A stretch of DNA of 64,000 bases, from NCBI GenBank assembly GCA_017960475.1, contig JAGCZH010000031.1:5758-69757 (forward strand), written 5' to 3'. Of this stretch, positions 11,600-20,722 are shown piece after piece. The notes below the pieces were generated by a model, which made no database searches, had not been told where the DNA came from, and saw only the letters and a list, made by a program, of their open reading frames with translations. Positions within the stretch are counted from its first letter, which is position 1. Each line of letters begins with the position of its first letter. The stretch is from Bacteroidales bacterium (lineage in GTDB: Bacteria; Bacteroidota; Bacteroidia; Bacteroidales; P3). The position numbers and the translations under genes were made by a program.

Positions 11600-12844
11600 A
11601 TGGACGTTTTTTCTCAAATTGACAACTCAGCATTCGAAAACGAACAAAAATCATCAAAAATTGATGAAACTAGAAGAATGCTATACGAAATTCGCGACAT
11701 CCCTACTTATAAAAATAGGGAATACAAAGGAGTTATTGTTCAAGACCCCAACAATCTTATTCTTGAAACAATTCTCGATTATTTGAAAAAAGGTACAGTC
11801 GATAAAACCGGCATTCTTCAGATTATTCAGAATGATAACAACGAGTTGAACTCTTATGTCGTAAAGAACCTTATGTCCCAAGGTGTTATCTGTGAGCAAG
11901 ACCTTCGCGAAATAGGAATCCCCGACACATTTATCGACATGCTCAACCGTAGCTATGAACCGATTAGTTTTCGACCGGGTGGTGCAATAGATAGAATCAA
12001 TAAGGTCTCAACTGAAATCTATTTCTGGGGAATACCTTCTTCGGGAAAGACATGCGCCATAGGTGCACTCCTCAGTACTCTGTCCAGACTTGACGATGGT
12101 CGAGTTATGAGAAAAGATAACGATTGCCAAGGATACGAATATATGACTTGTCTCTCATCTCTTTTCAACGACCAGACCGTCATGACACTTCCTGCTGGTA
12201 CTCCGGTTACAGCCACCTATGAGATGGCTTTCGATGTTTACGACAAAGCAAACCTGTATCATCCTATCACCATGATAGACCTGGCTGGTGAGCTGATTCG
12301 CTGTATGTACAAAAGCGATGCTCAAAGACAACTAAATCATGAGGAAGAGGAAACTCTTGAGACTATCACCAATCTGCTAGTGTCCCAAACATCCAAAAAC
12401 CAAAAGATCCATGTGTTTGTTATGGAATATGGTGCCGAAGAACGCAAATATGAGGGTCTGCCCCAATCTGACTATCTCGATGGTGCCATGAACTATATTG
12501 AACGTACTGGTATTTTCAGAAAAAACACCGATGCCATTATCCTACTTGTCACCAAGGCTGACAAAGCCGGCCATGATATGGAAACGCAAAGCAAAAAGAT
12601 TAAGGCTTATATCGAAAAATATTATAGTAATTTCAAAGGTGCTTTGGACAACCTCTGCATATCAAACGAAATCAACAACAAAAAACTCATAACGTTATTT
12701 ATTAGTTTGGGTGATGTCTGTTTTCAAGACTACTGTTTCTTTAGCAACAGACATGCTAAAAATGTTGTCAACAGAATTCTGTCACAGACATCTACTATTG
12801 ATACATCTCGTCGTGGATTATTTAAAAGTATCTTTGGAAAATAG
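11600..12844 (+). CDS. Island gene 3: P-loop GTPase (Ras-like/TRAFAC motifs) with an N-terminal extension
   Basis: G1 GIPSSGKT (12029-12052), G3 DLAGE (12278-12292), G4 TKAD (12551-12562), preceded by a roughly 140-aa non-GTPase N-domain. Confidence 0.7.
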   Translation: MDVFSQIDNSAFENEQKSSKIDETRRMLYEIRDIPTYKNREYKGVIVQDPNNLILETILDYLKKGTVDKTGILQIIQNDNNELNSYVVKNLMSQGVICEQDLREIGIPDTFIDMLNRSYEPISFRPGGAIDRINKVSTEIYFWGIPSSGKTCAIGALLSTLSRLDDGRVMRKDNDCQGYEYMTCLSSLFNDQTVMTLPAGTPVTATYEMAFDVYDKANLYHPITMIDLAGELIRCMYKSDAQRQLNHEEEETLETITNLLVSQTSKNQKIHVFVMEYGAEERKYEGLPQSDYLDGAMNYIERTGIFRKNTDAIILLVTKADKAGHDMETQSKKIKAYIEKYYSNFKGALDNLCISNEINNKKLITLFISLGDVCFQDYCFFSNRHAKNVVNRILSQTSTIDTSRRGLFKSIFGK

Positions 12845-12868
12845 ACGTATCTCAGAAAAAAATATATC

Positions 12869-14839
12869 ATGAAATTAGGTTTTGCAATCAATACGATCTC
12901 AGCAGGAGCTGGTAGTCCATGGTCGCGTAACGATGAGAACGGCTGGACAAAACATATTGGCGACCTGCGTCCTTTGCTTAATAGCTGGTCTAATCCTAAC
13001 AATGAACCGATTGATTTTATCAGGTTCATTGACGAAGGAGTGATGTTGGTCTCGATTATGCCTATCAGTGGACGTCCCAATGATCTTTGCTCCTATTATT
13101 TCTTTGTTCCGCGTCTGGCTCAGGTCACTGGCAAGGAACTCTTAGACATTGCCCACGAATTCATCGCTGCCAATGGCGCTGTCAAGGAACTGGAAGAAAT
13201 AGTGACTCGCGAGTTTCCTCAGCGTAAAAATCCATTTCCTTGCAAGCCTTCAGCGCAGACACCACGATGGGCATTGCGAAATTACGATGACGAGGCTCAA
13301 CTTGCCAAACTTATTGGTTCGGAATGCTATCAGAATTACTATGACGAATTCAACGCCATCTTCCTTGTCAAGAAAGGAACATCTGTAAAACCTGTCCAAG
13401 GAAGCCAGATAGTTGATATTTCTGACAAGAAAATTGTCGAAGTGGTAACTATGCTTCCTCCTTCGCCAGAAACATTGCAACGTGTGTTCGGCCGACGGAA
13501 TGTCGACATCTGCTTCAAAAGTAAAACGGGTGATATGGTCAAACTCCCGCCGGTAATCCTCCAGCGCGGCCAATCATTGTCTCTTTTCGCTATCCGTCCA
13601 GGCTTTGAACCTCTCAAGTGTATGATTACTGCCGACAACGACTATCAGGAAGGACGTCTACAGTCCGACATTGTCAAGTGGGTCTGTCAGATTAGTCCTG
13701 ATCGTTTTGTTGTTAAGGCTAGAGGTGATGTCAATGCCATTGTCGACAACTATGTCATCAAGCTCAACGGACACCCCATGGGTCCCAACGGCATCCGGCT
13801 TCTTGAGGAGGAATGCATGAGTTGCAACCTCTCGGTGACGGCCCCCGGCTACGAGGATTGGACCCCTGGCTTTTACCCTAACCAGATCAATATCCTCAAA
13901 TACGACAAGCTGGATATTTTCTTATCTCCCAGGAAATCGGAAGGCGGCAAATACTATGTCGAACTCGCCGACCATAGTCGGGCTGATATCAAAATTCGCG
14001 ACAATGGCGGCAAACTCTTAAAAGGCTACTATCTGGACAAGGATAAATGCTATTACTACAATGGTGCCCGTGCCATAACGATGACGCTCCTTGCTTTTTT
14101 GGCCGGTGTGTTACTTGTCGCTGCTATATGGGCAATTATTGGACATAGTTCAGGAACAGACAACGGTAAGACAAACGTGACACCAGAGGAAAAAATCGCC
14201 CAAGTGGTAAATTATCTGGAAAGTCATGATGATTTTCTCTCTGACGATTTCGTTAGATTAGATACATTCACAACATTGTTAGAATGCATGAACTGCTATA
14301 ACTATGATGCTCTTGTTCCAATGTTGACAGTCCTATCTTCTGATAGTTCGTCAAAAGCGGACGAACTCTTGAAATTCAAGGATAAAGGTATTGTTCATAA
14401 AGACTTGTTCGGTGATGGGGCTAAGCTGAATTATAATAAATACAAAGAGTCCCTTGAGGAAGGCGTCAAAATATACAACCTCCTCAGCGAAAAAAAATGG
14501 AACCTGGATGAATTCAAAAAATATCAACTTACAGAACAACTGTTCAATATACTCAATGATGGTAAATACTCACAAATAAAAAAAATGCCACGTTCTTTGA
14601 TTCAACATCCGAAGGTTAAGCCAATCTATGAGTTTATTCAAAATAAAAACTTTAAGGATTACCAATTCCAAAAAAACAATGGGCATTTCTTGCCCCAAAA
14701 AGACAAAGAAATAACAATTGATGGATATCTGACAATTATTAAACCCCTTATTGACACTCATAAAGAATCTCCTTCAAACAACAAAAAAAACACTCAAACA
14801 AAACAGAAGGCCGGTAGAAGTGACAGGGATGATAATTGA
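12869..14839 (+). CDS. Island gene 4: bitopic membrane protein (about 420-aa N-domain, one TM, about 215-aa helical C-domain)
   Basis: Single strong TM ITMTLLAFLAGVLLVAAIWAIIG. The N-domain contains beta-rich PEGA-like stretches (LFAIRPGFEP, LSVTAPGYEDW). No family recognised. Confidence 0.6.
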   Translation: MKLGFAINTISAGAGSPWSRNDENGWTKHIGDLRPLLNSWSNPNNEPIDFIRFIDEGVMLVSIMPISGRPNDLCSYYFFVPRLAQVTGKELLDIAHEFIAANGAVKELEEIVTREFPQRKNPFPCKPSAQTPRWALRNYDDEAQLAKLIGSECYQNYYDEFNAIFLVKKGTSVKPVQGSQIVDISDKKIVEVVTMLPPSPETLQRVFGRRNVDICFKSKTGDMVKLPPVILQRGQSLSLFAIRPGFEPLKCMITADNDYQEGRLQSDIVKWVCQISPDRFVVKARGDVNAIVDNYVIKLNGHPMGPNGIRLLEEECMSCNLSVTAPGYEDWTPGFYPNQINILKYDKLDIFLSPRKSEGGKYYVELADHSRADIKIRDNGGKLLKGYYLDKDKCYYYNGARAITMTLLAFLAGVLLVAAIWAIIGHSSGTDNGKTNVTPEEKIAQVVNYLESHDDFLSDDFVRLDTFTTLLECMNCYNYDALVPMLTVLSSDSSSKADELLKFKDKGIVHKDLFGDGAKLNYNKYKESLEEGVKIYNLLSEKKWNLDEFKKYQLTEQLFNILNDGKYSQIKKMPRSLIQHPKVKPIYEFIQNKNFKDYQFQKNNGHFLPQKDKEITIDGYLTIIKPLIDTHKESPSNNKKNTQTKQKAGRSDRDDN

Positions 14840-14927
14840 TTGTCAGTGTATTTAGCTTCTGGTTATTTCATAGTGGGTCTCTTAGCGCAACACAGGTTTT
14901 AATAGTTTATTATTTTCACTTATATTT

Positions 14928-15830
14928 ATGGAAATGTCGAAACCAATTAAAATAGTTATTCTTATAGTTGCAATAATTGCATCTGTTTCGGCTGTTTTGC
15001 TTTTCGCCAAAACCCAAGCCCAGCCACCAATTGACATGCATTTCCCTAATTCTCACAAATTGGCGCTGGAGCAGGATATTAAGTCTATGAATGAAGCATT
15101 TCCTAATGAGGACTTCTTTTCGCTAATAGTCAGTGAAATGGAATTTCAGACGAAGGAAGGTCTCATCGATACGCTTCAGAGGGATTCAGTGGCGGATCTG
15201 TTGATGATACAATATGTGCCTATTTTCCGTAAGTATTGTTGGAAATGTTTCGAAACTCAAGAATGGGATGCAAACAGTATGGCTGCCATTGAAAATCGTG
15301 TACGTGTATTGCAGTCATTTAAACATTTGCAATCCTCGTCAACAGTACTGGATAAATATGAGGCTCTATCGAATCGGGTGGATACTATTGTTCGTGTTGT
15401 TGACGACTATAATACTGCCATTAATCTGGTCCGACACACAGGTTTTGTATCTGCCAACAATTCCCGCAACGCTGTATCTAAAGCCAATGAACTAAAGAAC
15501 AAATATCCACTCAGGAATTATACTTCTCTGGTCGGACAACTTGACAGTCTTCGATATCAACTGGAAAGGGGTCATTATCAGTGGCTGAGTTCACGGGTCG
15601 ATATGTTGGATCTTGATAAATTACACAATTATTGGAGGAATAACCCGAAAGATTCTCTTTCTTTTGAGTCTTTCTGTTTGAGCCTTAACAATAGTTTGAA
15701 TGAATATGAGAATGCTTCTTTTTACCCTAATCGCCGAGATGTTAGTGGTTTGAGAAAGTCTTTATTGGATCGACGTAATGACGCCAAAAGTAAATACTTT
15801 ACGTTTAGAATAAATGGGAGAATAAGATAA
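14928..15830 (+). CDS. Island gene 5: N-terminally anchored helical protein
   Basis: Signal-anchor IKIVILIVAIIASVSAVLLFA followed by about 270 aa of helix-prone sequence. No family recognised. Confidence 0.55.
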   Translation: MEMSKPIKIVILIVAIIASVSAVLLFAKTQAQPPIDMHFPNSHKLALEQDIKSMNEAFPNEDFFSLIVSEMEFQTKEGLIDTLQRDSVADLLMIQYVPIFRKYCWKCFETQEWDANSMAAIENRVRVLQSFKHLQSSSTVLDKYEALSNRVDTIVRVVDDYNTAINLVRHTGFVSANNSRNAVSKANELKNKYPLRNYTSLVGQLDSLRYQLERGHYQWLSSRVDMLDLDKLHNYWRNNPKDSLSFESFCLSLNNSLNEYENASFYPNRRDVSGLRKSLLDRRNDAKSKYFTFRINGRIR

Positions 15831-15901
15831 TAATCTTCAAATAATAACTAGATGATGGCTTGTTATTCAAGTATTTTAAAATCAGAATAAAAAAAGATAT
15901 T

Positions 15902-16690
15902 ATGAAAAAAACACTGGTTGTTTTAATAAGTTTGCTTACATTTTTTGCTCTTTATGCTCAGAATGGTTCTGACGATTATGGAACAAAGGCAAAAAAACGT
16001 CCTTTCTGGGCAGTAAAGTATAATAAGTTATGCGACAAATACAATGCCCTTTTATTTAAATATCAGCAACTTGATTTGCATTTTCGGGATACTCTGAATT
16101 ATTATGAAGAGCGAGAATCTGCTTTCGTTGAAGCCTCACGTAAGTTTGAAGAAGATAGGGATAGTATCCAACCTACTCTTGACCAAATTCGTCTCGATAA
16201 AGAATCAATTGCAGAAGAAAAAGCCATACTTGAGAAACAATTAGAAAACTGCGATTGGGCTATAGCACGCTATTGCCATCTTAGACTACAACAGCAATAT
16301 AAAAAAGTCGCGGTTGAAAAGGCATTGAAGATGTGGAATACAATCACATCACCAGATGTTAAAGAGGTATACCTCGGAGTGGATGATATGTTGAAAAACT
16401 ATTATCGCTATTACAATGAAGTTAGAGCTGTTATTCAAGAGGCTCAAAATAGCCAGTTCCGCTACGATACATCTCCATTGTCAACATTCAAGAAAGACAT
16501 GAAAGACAAGATGATGAAAACAGAGTATCGTCGTAATAGGGATGATAATTATAAAATTGAGTTTCTTGATCAACAAATTGAGAATTTCTTTTATTGCCTA
16601 GATCATCTGGATCCTGAATGTGGCAAATATGATTTTTCACTGATTCTCGAGAAATTGTTTCCCAAAGTTGACGATAAACAAAAGAAGTAA
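15902..16690 (+). CDS. Island gene 6: secreted/periplasmic coiled-coil protein
   Basis: ATG at 15902. Signal peptide MKKTLVVLISLLTFFALYAQ, then charged heptad-like sequence (EEDRDSIQPTLDQIRLDKESIAEEKAILEKQLE). Confidence 0.55.
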   Translation: MKKTLVVLISLLTFFALYAQNGSDDYGTKAKKRPFWAVKYNKLCDKYNALLFKYQQLDLHFRDTLNYYEERESAFVEASRKFEEDRDSIQPTLDQIRLDKESIAEEKAILEKQLENCDWAIARYCHLRLQQQYKKVAVEKALKMWNTITSPDVKEVYLGVDDMLKNYYRYYNEVRAVIQEAQNSQFRYDTSPLSTFKKDMKDKMMKTEYRRNRDDNYKIEFLDQQIENFFYCLDHLDPECGKYDFSLILEKLFPKVDDKQKK

Positions 16691-16744
16691 TTTTGTTTGT
16701 GTTTGTATAAATCGGGACCTTATAGTAAAACCATAAATGATATT

Positions 16745-19513
16745 ATGATGGACATCTCTCGCGGTCTGCAGGCCTTTAAGTGCAATATGGACAGATTGCT
16801 CGCAGCTAAAAAGAGTGAGCTTTCGAACGAATTCGAGGAACTGCGTGGCTCAGTCACTGCTTATGTTGCCCAAATGGGAAGCAGCATGGATCCACTCAAA
16901 CTATCTGGTGGTGATGATGATGCCAAACCCATCGCTCCAACCCGTACTTCCCAACCCGAGGGTTTCCTCTTCGCAAACGAGCAGGTCTTCGATTTCGATA
17001 GAGGAAAATCTTTCGATTTTCCTCGTATTCACCGTTTTGTCGATGTGGCGGCAACAGCCATTCCAGAGGACTCGCGTTACAGCTATCTGCTCTTCAATTT
17101 CGCACTGATGGCAATATCATCTTACCCCATTGGCGACAGTAATGTTTTCATGATGGATTGCAATGTCGGTGGTGACTTCAACTATCTGTCTCCTATTTCA
17201 ACTCAAATTGACGAGGTCTCTATAGAGAAAAACAACTTTCATTATATTACCGATTTTGCCGAAATGAGCCGCGTCATTGATAGCCTCAAGGTGACGTGGG
17301 ACCGTAACATTCGCAATCTTCCTGCTGATTGTCCTGATCTGTTCCGGTACAACAAGCAGAATCCTGAGATGTTCCAGGCATTCAATTTTATCTTTATCCG
17401 CAATATTAATGAGACTATTTCGAATGCGGCATCGATAATGAAACTCTGCCAAATGGTAAAGTCGATGAACGCTACCAGAGCTGGAATCTATATCTTTTAT
17501 ACTTATAATTCGGCAAAGATAGCAGCTTCCGACAGTAATCGTTCTTATGACAATGTCGATGCCATCAAGGAATTGCTCAAACTCTCGTGCCGTATTGACG
17601 ATACCCCTCTCTGTAAACGCCACTCCACAATAACCCTCCGTCCCAAGGCTAATGCAAGGGTTGTGGAAAGAATACTGGAATTTGTCAGAACTGCTGAGCC
17701 CCCCAAGGTCGACATGTCGTTCCGTGACGAGATCATGAAAACCCTGGAACAACGCTCCCTTTGGAATCCACCTGCCAAGGACCGTAAGAAACATCTCCTA
17801 TTCCCAGTGGGCTTTGTTAACGCTACTACAAAAATGATGGTAGATGTGCCTTTCAACGCAGCACCCCATATCTATGTGGCAGGCAAGACTGGTAGTGGCA
17901 AGTCGATACTTCTTCACAATTTCATTCTCAACGGAGCTCTCCGGTATTCTCCCAATCAGCTTCGCTTTTTCTTGGTCGATATGAAAGGTGGAGTCAGTTT
18001 CATGACATATCGCAATCTGCCTCATGTGAGCGCTCTTTGTGCTTCGTCAAGTCGTCACTATGCGCAGAGTCTACTTGAAATGCTTTGCAGCGAAATCGAC
18101 AACCGCGCAAGGATATTCACTGCTGCTGGCGAGAATGTTTCGTCGCTTGACGACTACAACGAATATGCGTCGCAGCGCAATCTGCCGCTAATGCCTCACT
18201 ATTTCTGCATTATCGACGAGTTCCAACGACTATTCACAAATCATGATAGCATTTCCAGGAAGGCTGAAAAACATATCAGTTTCATACATGAGCAGGGACG
18301 CTCATACGGCATCTTCCTTGCACTCTGTACTCAGTCAGCCTCGGGCGATGTCAGCCGCGAACAGGTTGGAATTCGTCTGGCATTGAGATGTAACGAGCGT
18401 GTCAGCCAGTCGATTATTGGCAATGAGGGAGCCGCTAATCTTCGTGGCATAGGTCGGGCAGTTCTTAACAATTCCGAGAGCGGTGACGCTCGCTTCAATC
18501 AGGAATTCCAAGTGGCAAATATTAGCGAGAAAGATGACCTCCCGTTCTATGTGCGGACAATCAACGAGATATGGCTGGAACAGAACAATGGTACCGACCC
18601 GTTGTCCCATATGGTGTACTATGACAATGATCAGTCTTCTAAAATAACCGACAACCAATCGCTTCTCTCTCTAGGCTTTAACTCATCGGACTATCTAAAA
18701 ACTGTCTATCTTGGCAAGCCCTGCTTCTACCGCAAGGAACATGTCAAGTTTTTCTTCCATCGTGATTCCCAGAGCAATGTTATAGTCGTTGGCAACGACC
18801 GTCCCGCAGCATTGCGCTTGTTTGGTATCGTTGAGCATCAGTTCCGTCGTCAGTATGGTATGCATAAAACGCTGGTTTATATCTCTGATCTGCAGCGACA
18901 GACAGAGCCGACTTTCGGTAAACTCGATTTTCTGGCCGATATGGACGGCATCAGTGTTACCCATTCTGCGGAACTCAAAGATACCATAGATGAGGTATAT
19001 CAGTTGCTTACTATCCGAAAGTCAGACAGATCAGCTAGTGTCAATGCTCCAGAGGTGCTCTTCGCGATCGCCGACATTAAGCCGGATGACACTTTGAATC
19101 CTTCCTCAGGCCCATCGTTCTCATTCTCTCATTCTGCTGAAAAAACTTCACTTGCCATGCTGAAAGAAGTTGTCTGCGATGGCCCTGCTCTCGGTATCCA
19201 CACCATGCTTTATGGCTATAATATGGACAGCATCAGCAGATTCTTCGACAGGGAACTGCTTTCTATGTTTGAGATTAAGATTGGACTTTATGGTGGTAAC
19301 TCGTCATTGCTCTTCACATTCCAGGCTAACACCGAACTGGTAGGTAAGTGGGGTAGGGCTTTCGTACGTATGCCTGAGAATATGGGCATGAAATATGTCA
19401 ACGAGGATGTCCAGGGTGACCCATTCATAGTTTATAATACTGTCGGCGATACATATGTCGAAGATTCTGTATGGAATTGCCTTTTCAACAACTTGCCTAA
19501 CAGAGAGTACTAG
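16745..19513 (+). CDS. Island gene 7: soluble ATPase of three FtsK/SpoIIIE-like modules (degenerate, active, degenerate)
   Basis: The central module has Walker A GKTGSGKS (17882-17905), Walker B IIDEFQ (18209-18226), and LALCTQS and IRLALRCNE as in FtsK. The flanking modules align to it but lack the P-loop Lys and the acidic Walker B. No TM helix. ATG at 16745. Confidence 0.8.
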   Translation: MMDISRGLQAFKCNMDRLLAAKKSELSNEFEELRGSVTAYVAQMGSSMDPLKLSGGDDDAKPIAPTRTSQPEGFLFANEQVFDFDRGKSFDFPRIHRFVDVAATAIPEDSRYSYLLFNFALMAISSYPIGDSNVFMMDCNVGGDFNYLSPISTQIDEVSIEKNNFHYITDFAEMSRVIDSLKVTWDRNIRNLPADCPDLFRYNKQNPEMFQAFNFIFIRNINETISNAASIMKLCQMVKSMNATRAGIYIFYTYNSAKIAASDSNRSYDNVDAIKELLKLSCRIDDTPLCKRHSTITLRPKANARVVERILEFVRTAEPPKVDMSFRDEIMKTLEQRSLWNPPAKDRKKHLLFPVGFVNATTKMMVDVPFNAAPHIYVAGKTGSGKSILLHNFILNGALRYSPNQLRFFLVDMKGGVSFMTYRNLPHVSALCASSSRHYAQSLLEMLCSEIDNRARIFTAAGENVSSLDDYNEYASQRNLPLMPHYFCIIDEFQRLFTNHDSISRKAEKHISFIHEQGRSYGIFLALCTQSASGDVSREQVGIRLALRCNERVSQSIIGNEGAANLRGIGRAVLNNSESGDARFNQEFQVANISEKDDLPFYVRTINEIWLEQNNGTDPLSHMVYYDNDQSSKITDNQSLLSLGFNSSDYLKTVYLGKPCFYRKEHVKFFFHRDSQSNVIVVGNDRPAALRLFGIVEHQFRRQYGMHKTLVYISDLQRQTEPTFGKLDFLADMDGISVTHSAELKDTIDEVYQLLTIRKSDRSASVNAPEVLFAIADIKPDDTLNPSSGPSFSFSHSAEKTSLAMLKEVVCDGPALGIHTMLYGYNMDSISRFFDRELLSMFEIKIGLYGGNSSLLFTFQANTELVGKWGRAFVRMPENMGMKYVNEDVQGDPFIVYNTVGDTYVEDSVWNCLFNNLPNREY

Positions 19514-19515
19514 TT

Positions 19516-20682
19516 ATGAAATACTCAAATAAATATCAACAACTTGTAGATTCCGCCAAAAAGTTCAGCAATGATATAGTCGATGCTCATTCCTATGTTT
19601 TGGCTATGTCATCGGACTATTCTCAGCTGTCTCGTGCTGCTAATGATGTGAATTTTGCCCACAATTATAGCACTGCGATTCAGGACTTGAACAACATTAT
19701 TGCCGAATGGGATCTCAAGCGTCCAATCTCGAAGCTTAAGGAGGTAATCGATTCATTTGTTTCTGTAATCAAGACTTATGATGCAGCCATTATCACGCTA
19801 GAGGACAAATTCAAGAACCTTGTACGTCTTCCTGATCGCCACAACAAGGGAAACGTATGCAATACCTTGAAAAAATATATCGGCAATGTCGGTTCGGTTC
19901 ACTTTAAGGATGTTGAAAACGAAACTAAAAACGGAATACCTGCCCTTCTGAATTTGATAGACACACTGCTGGGTGATTTTTCGAAAGAAAGAGCCGATGT
20001 TATGTTAAATAACGAAATGGCCAATCAGCTTATAGATAGGCTTGAAGAAATCAAGGGTTGGCCAGATAGGTATAAGAAACAAGAGTTTGTGGCCAAATGT
20101 GAGTCAATCTTGTTTCAAGTTCTTCAGAACCCATGCAAAATTAACCCACAAGCTGATCAAAATAAATTATCGGCTGTGAAGAAAGGCATGGAGGGTTTCA
20201 AACAAATGTTTGAAAAGGAGATAATTGAAAACAAGAAACTTTTGACAGAACTTAAGAATAATAATAGTAGGGTATGGGAACACGATTACAAAAACCTGTC
20301 AAAGATGTTGAATCGGGAATCCATAGCGCACCTACAATATTCTCCGTCGGAATTAAAGAATCAGTACCTTTCTGCAAAGAACGATAAAAGTAGTTTCATC
20401 TCAGATATGGAAAACATACTTAGTCCTCGTATCAAAAAGAAATTCTCGGACCGGATTGACAAACTCTGTAATAGTTGTGTGACAAAGGACTTCGCCGAGA
20501 AACTGAAGCATGATATCGAAACGGACAAGAGCGATAACGTTAAGAAATGGCTTAAGTGGATTGGCATTGGTGTAGGTGGAGCTGGTGCGGTGATTCTAAT
20601 AATCAATTTTTACGAATATATTTTGATAGGAGCGCTGATATTAGGTGTTGTATGGTTCCTCCTTAGTATAATATTTGACTAA
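19516..20682 (+). CDS. Island gene 8: helical protein with a C-terminal double-TM tail anchor
   Basis: The ATG is 2 nt after the ATPase stop. About 340 aa of helical sequence, then WLKWIGIGVGGAGAVILIINF-YEY-ILIGALILGVVWFLLSIIF. Confidence 0.6.
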   Translation: MKYSNKYQQLVDSAKKFSNDIVDAHSYVLAMSSDYSQLSRAANDVNFAHNYSTAIQDLNNIIAEWDLKRPISKLKEVIDSFVSVIKTYDAAIITLEDKFKNLVRLPDRHNKGNVCNTLKKYIGNVGSVHFKDVENETKNGIPALLNLIDTLLGDFSKERADVMLNNEMANQLIDRLEEIKGWPDRYKKQEFVAKCESILFQVLQNPCKINPQADQNKLSAVKKGMEGFKQMFEKEIIENKKLLTELKNNNSRVWEHDYKNLSKMLNRESIAHLQYSPSELKNQYLSAKNDKSSFISDMENILSPRIKKKFSDRIDKLCNSCVTKDFAEKLKHDIETDKSDNVKKWLKWIGIGVGGAGAVILIINFYEYILIGALILGVVWFLLSIIFD

Positions 20683-20722
20683 TTAGTAACATGTTTTCTA
20701 TTAATCTTTAAAATAATTTATT

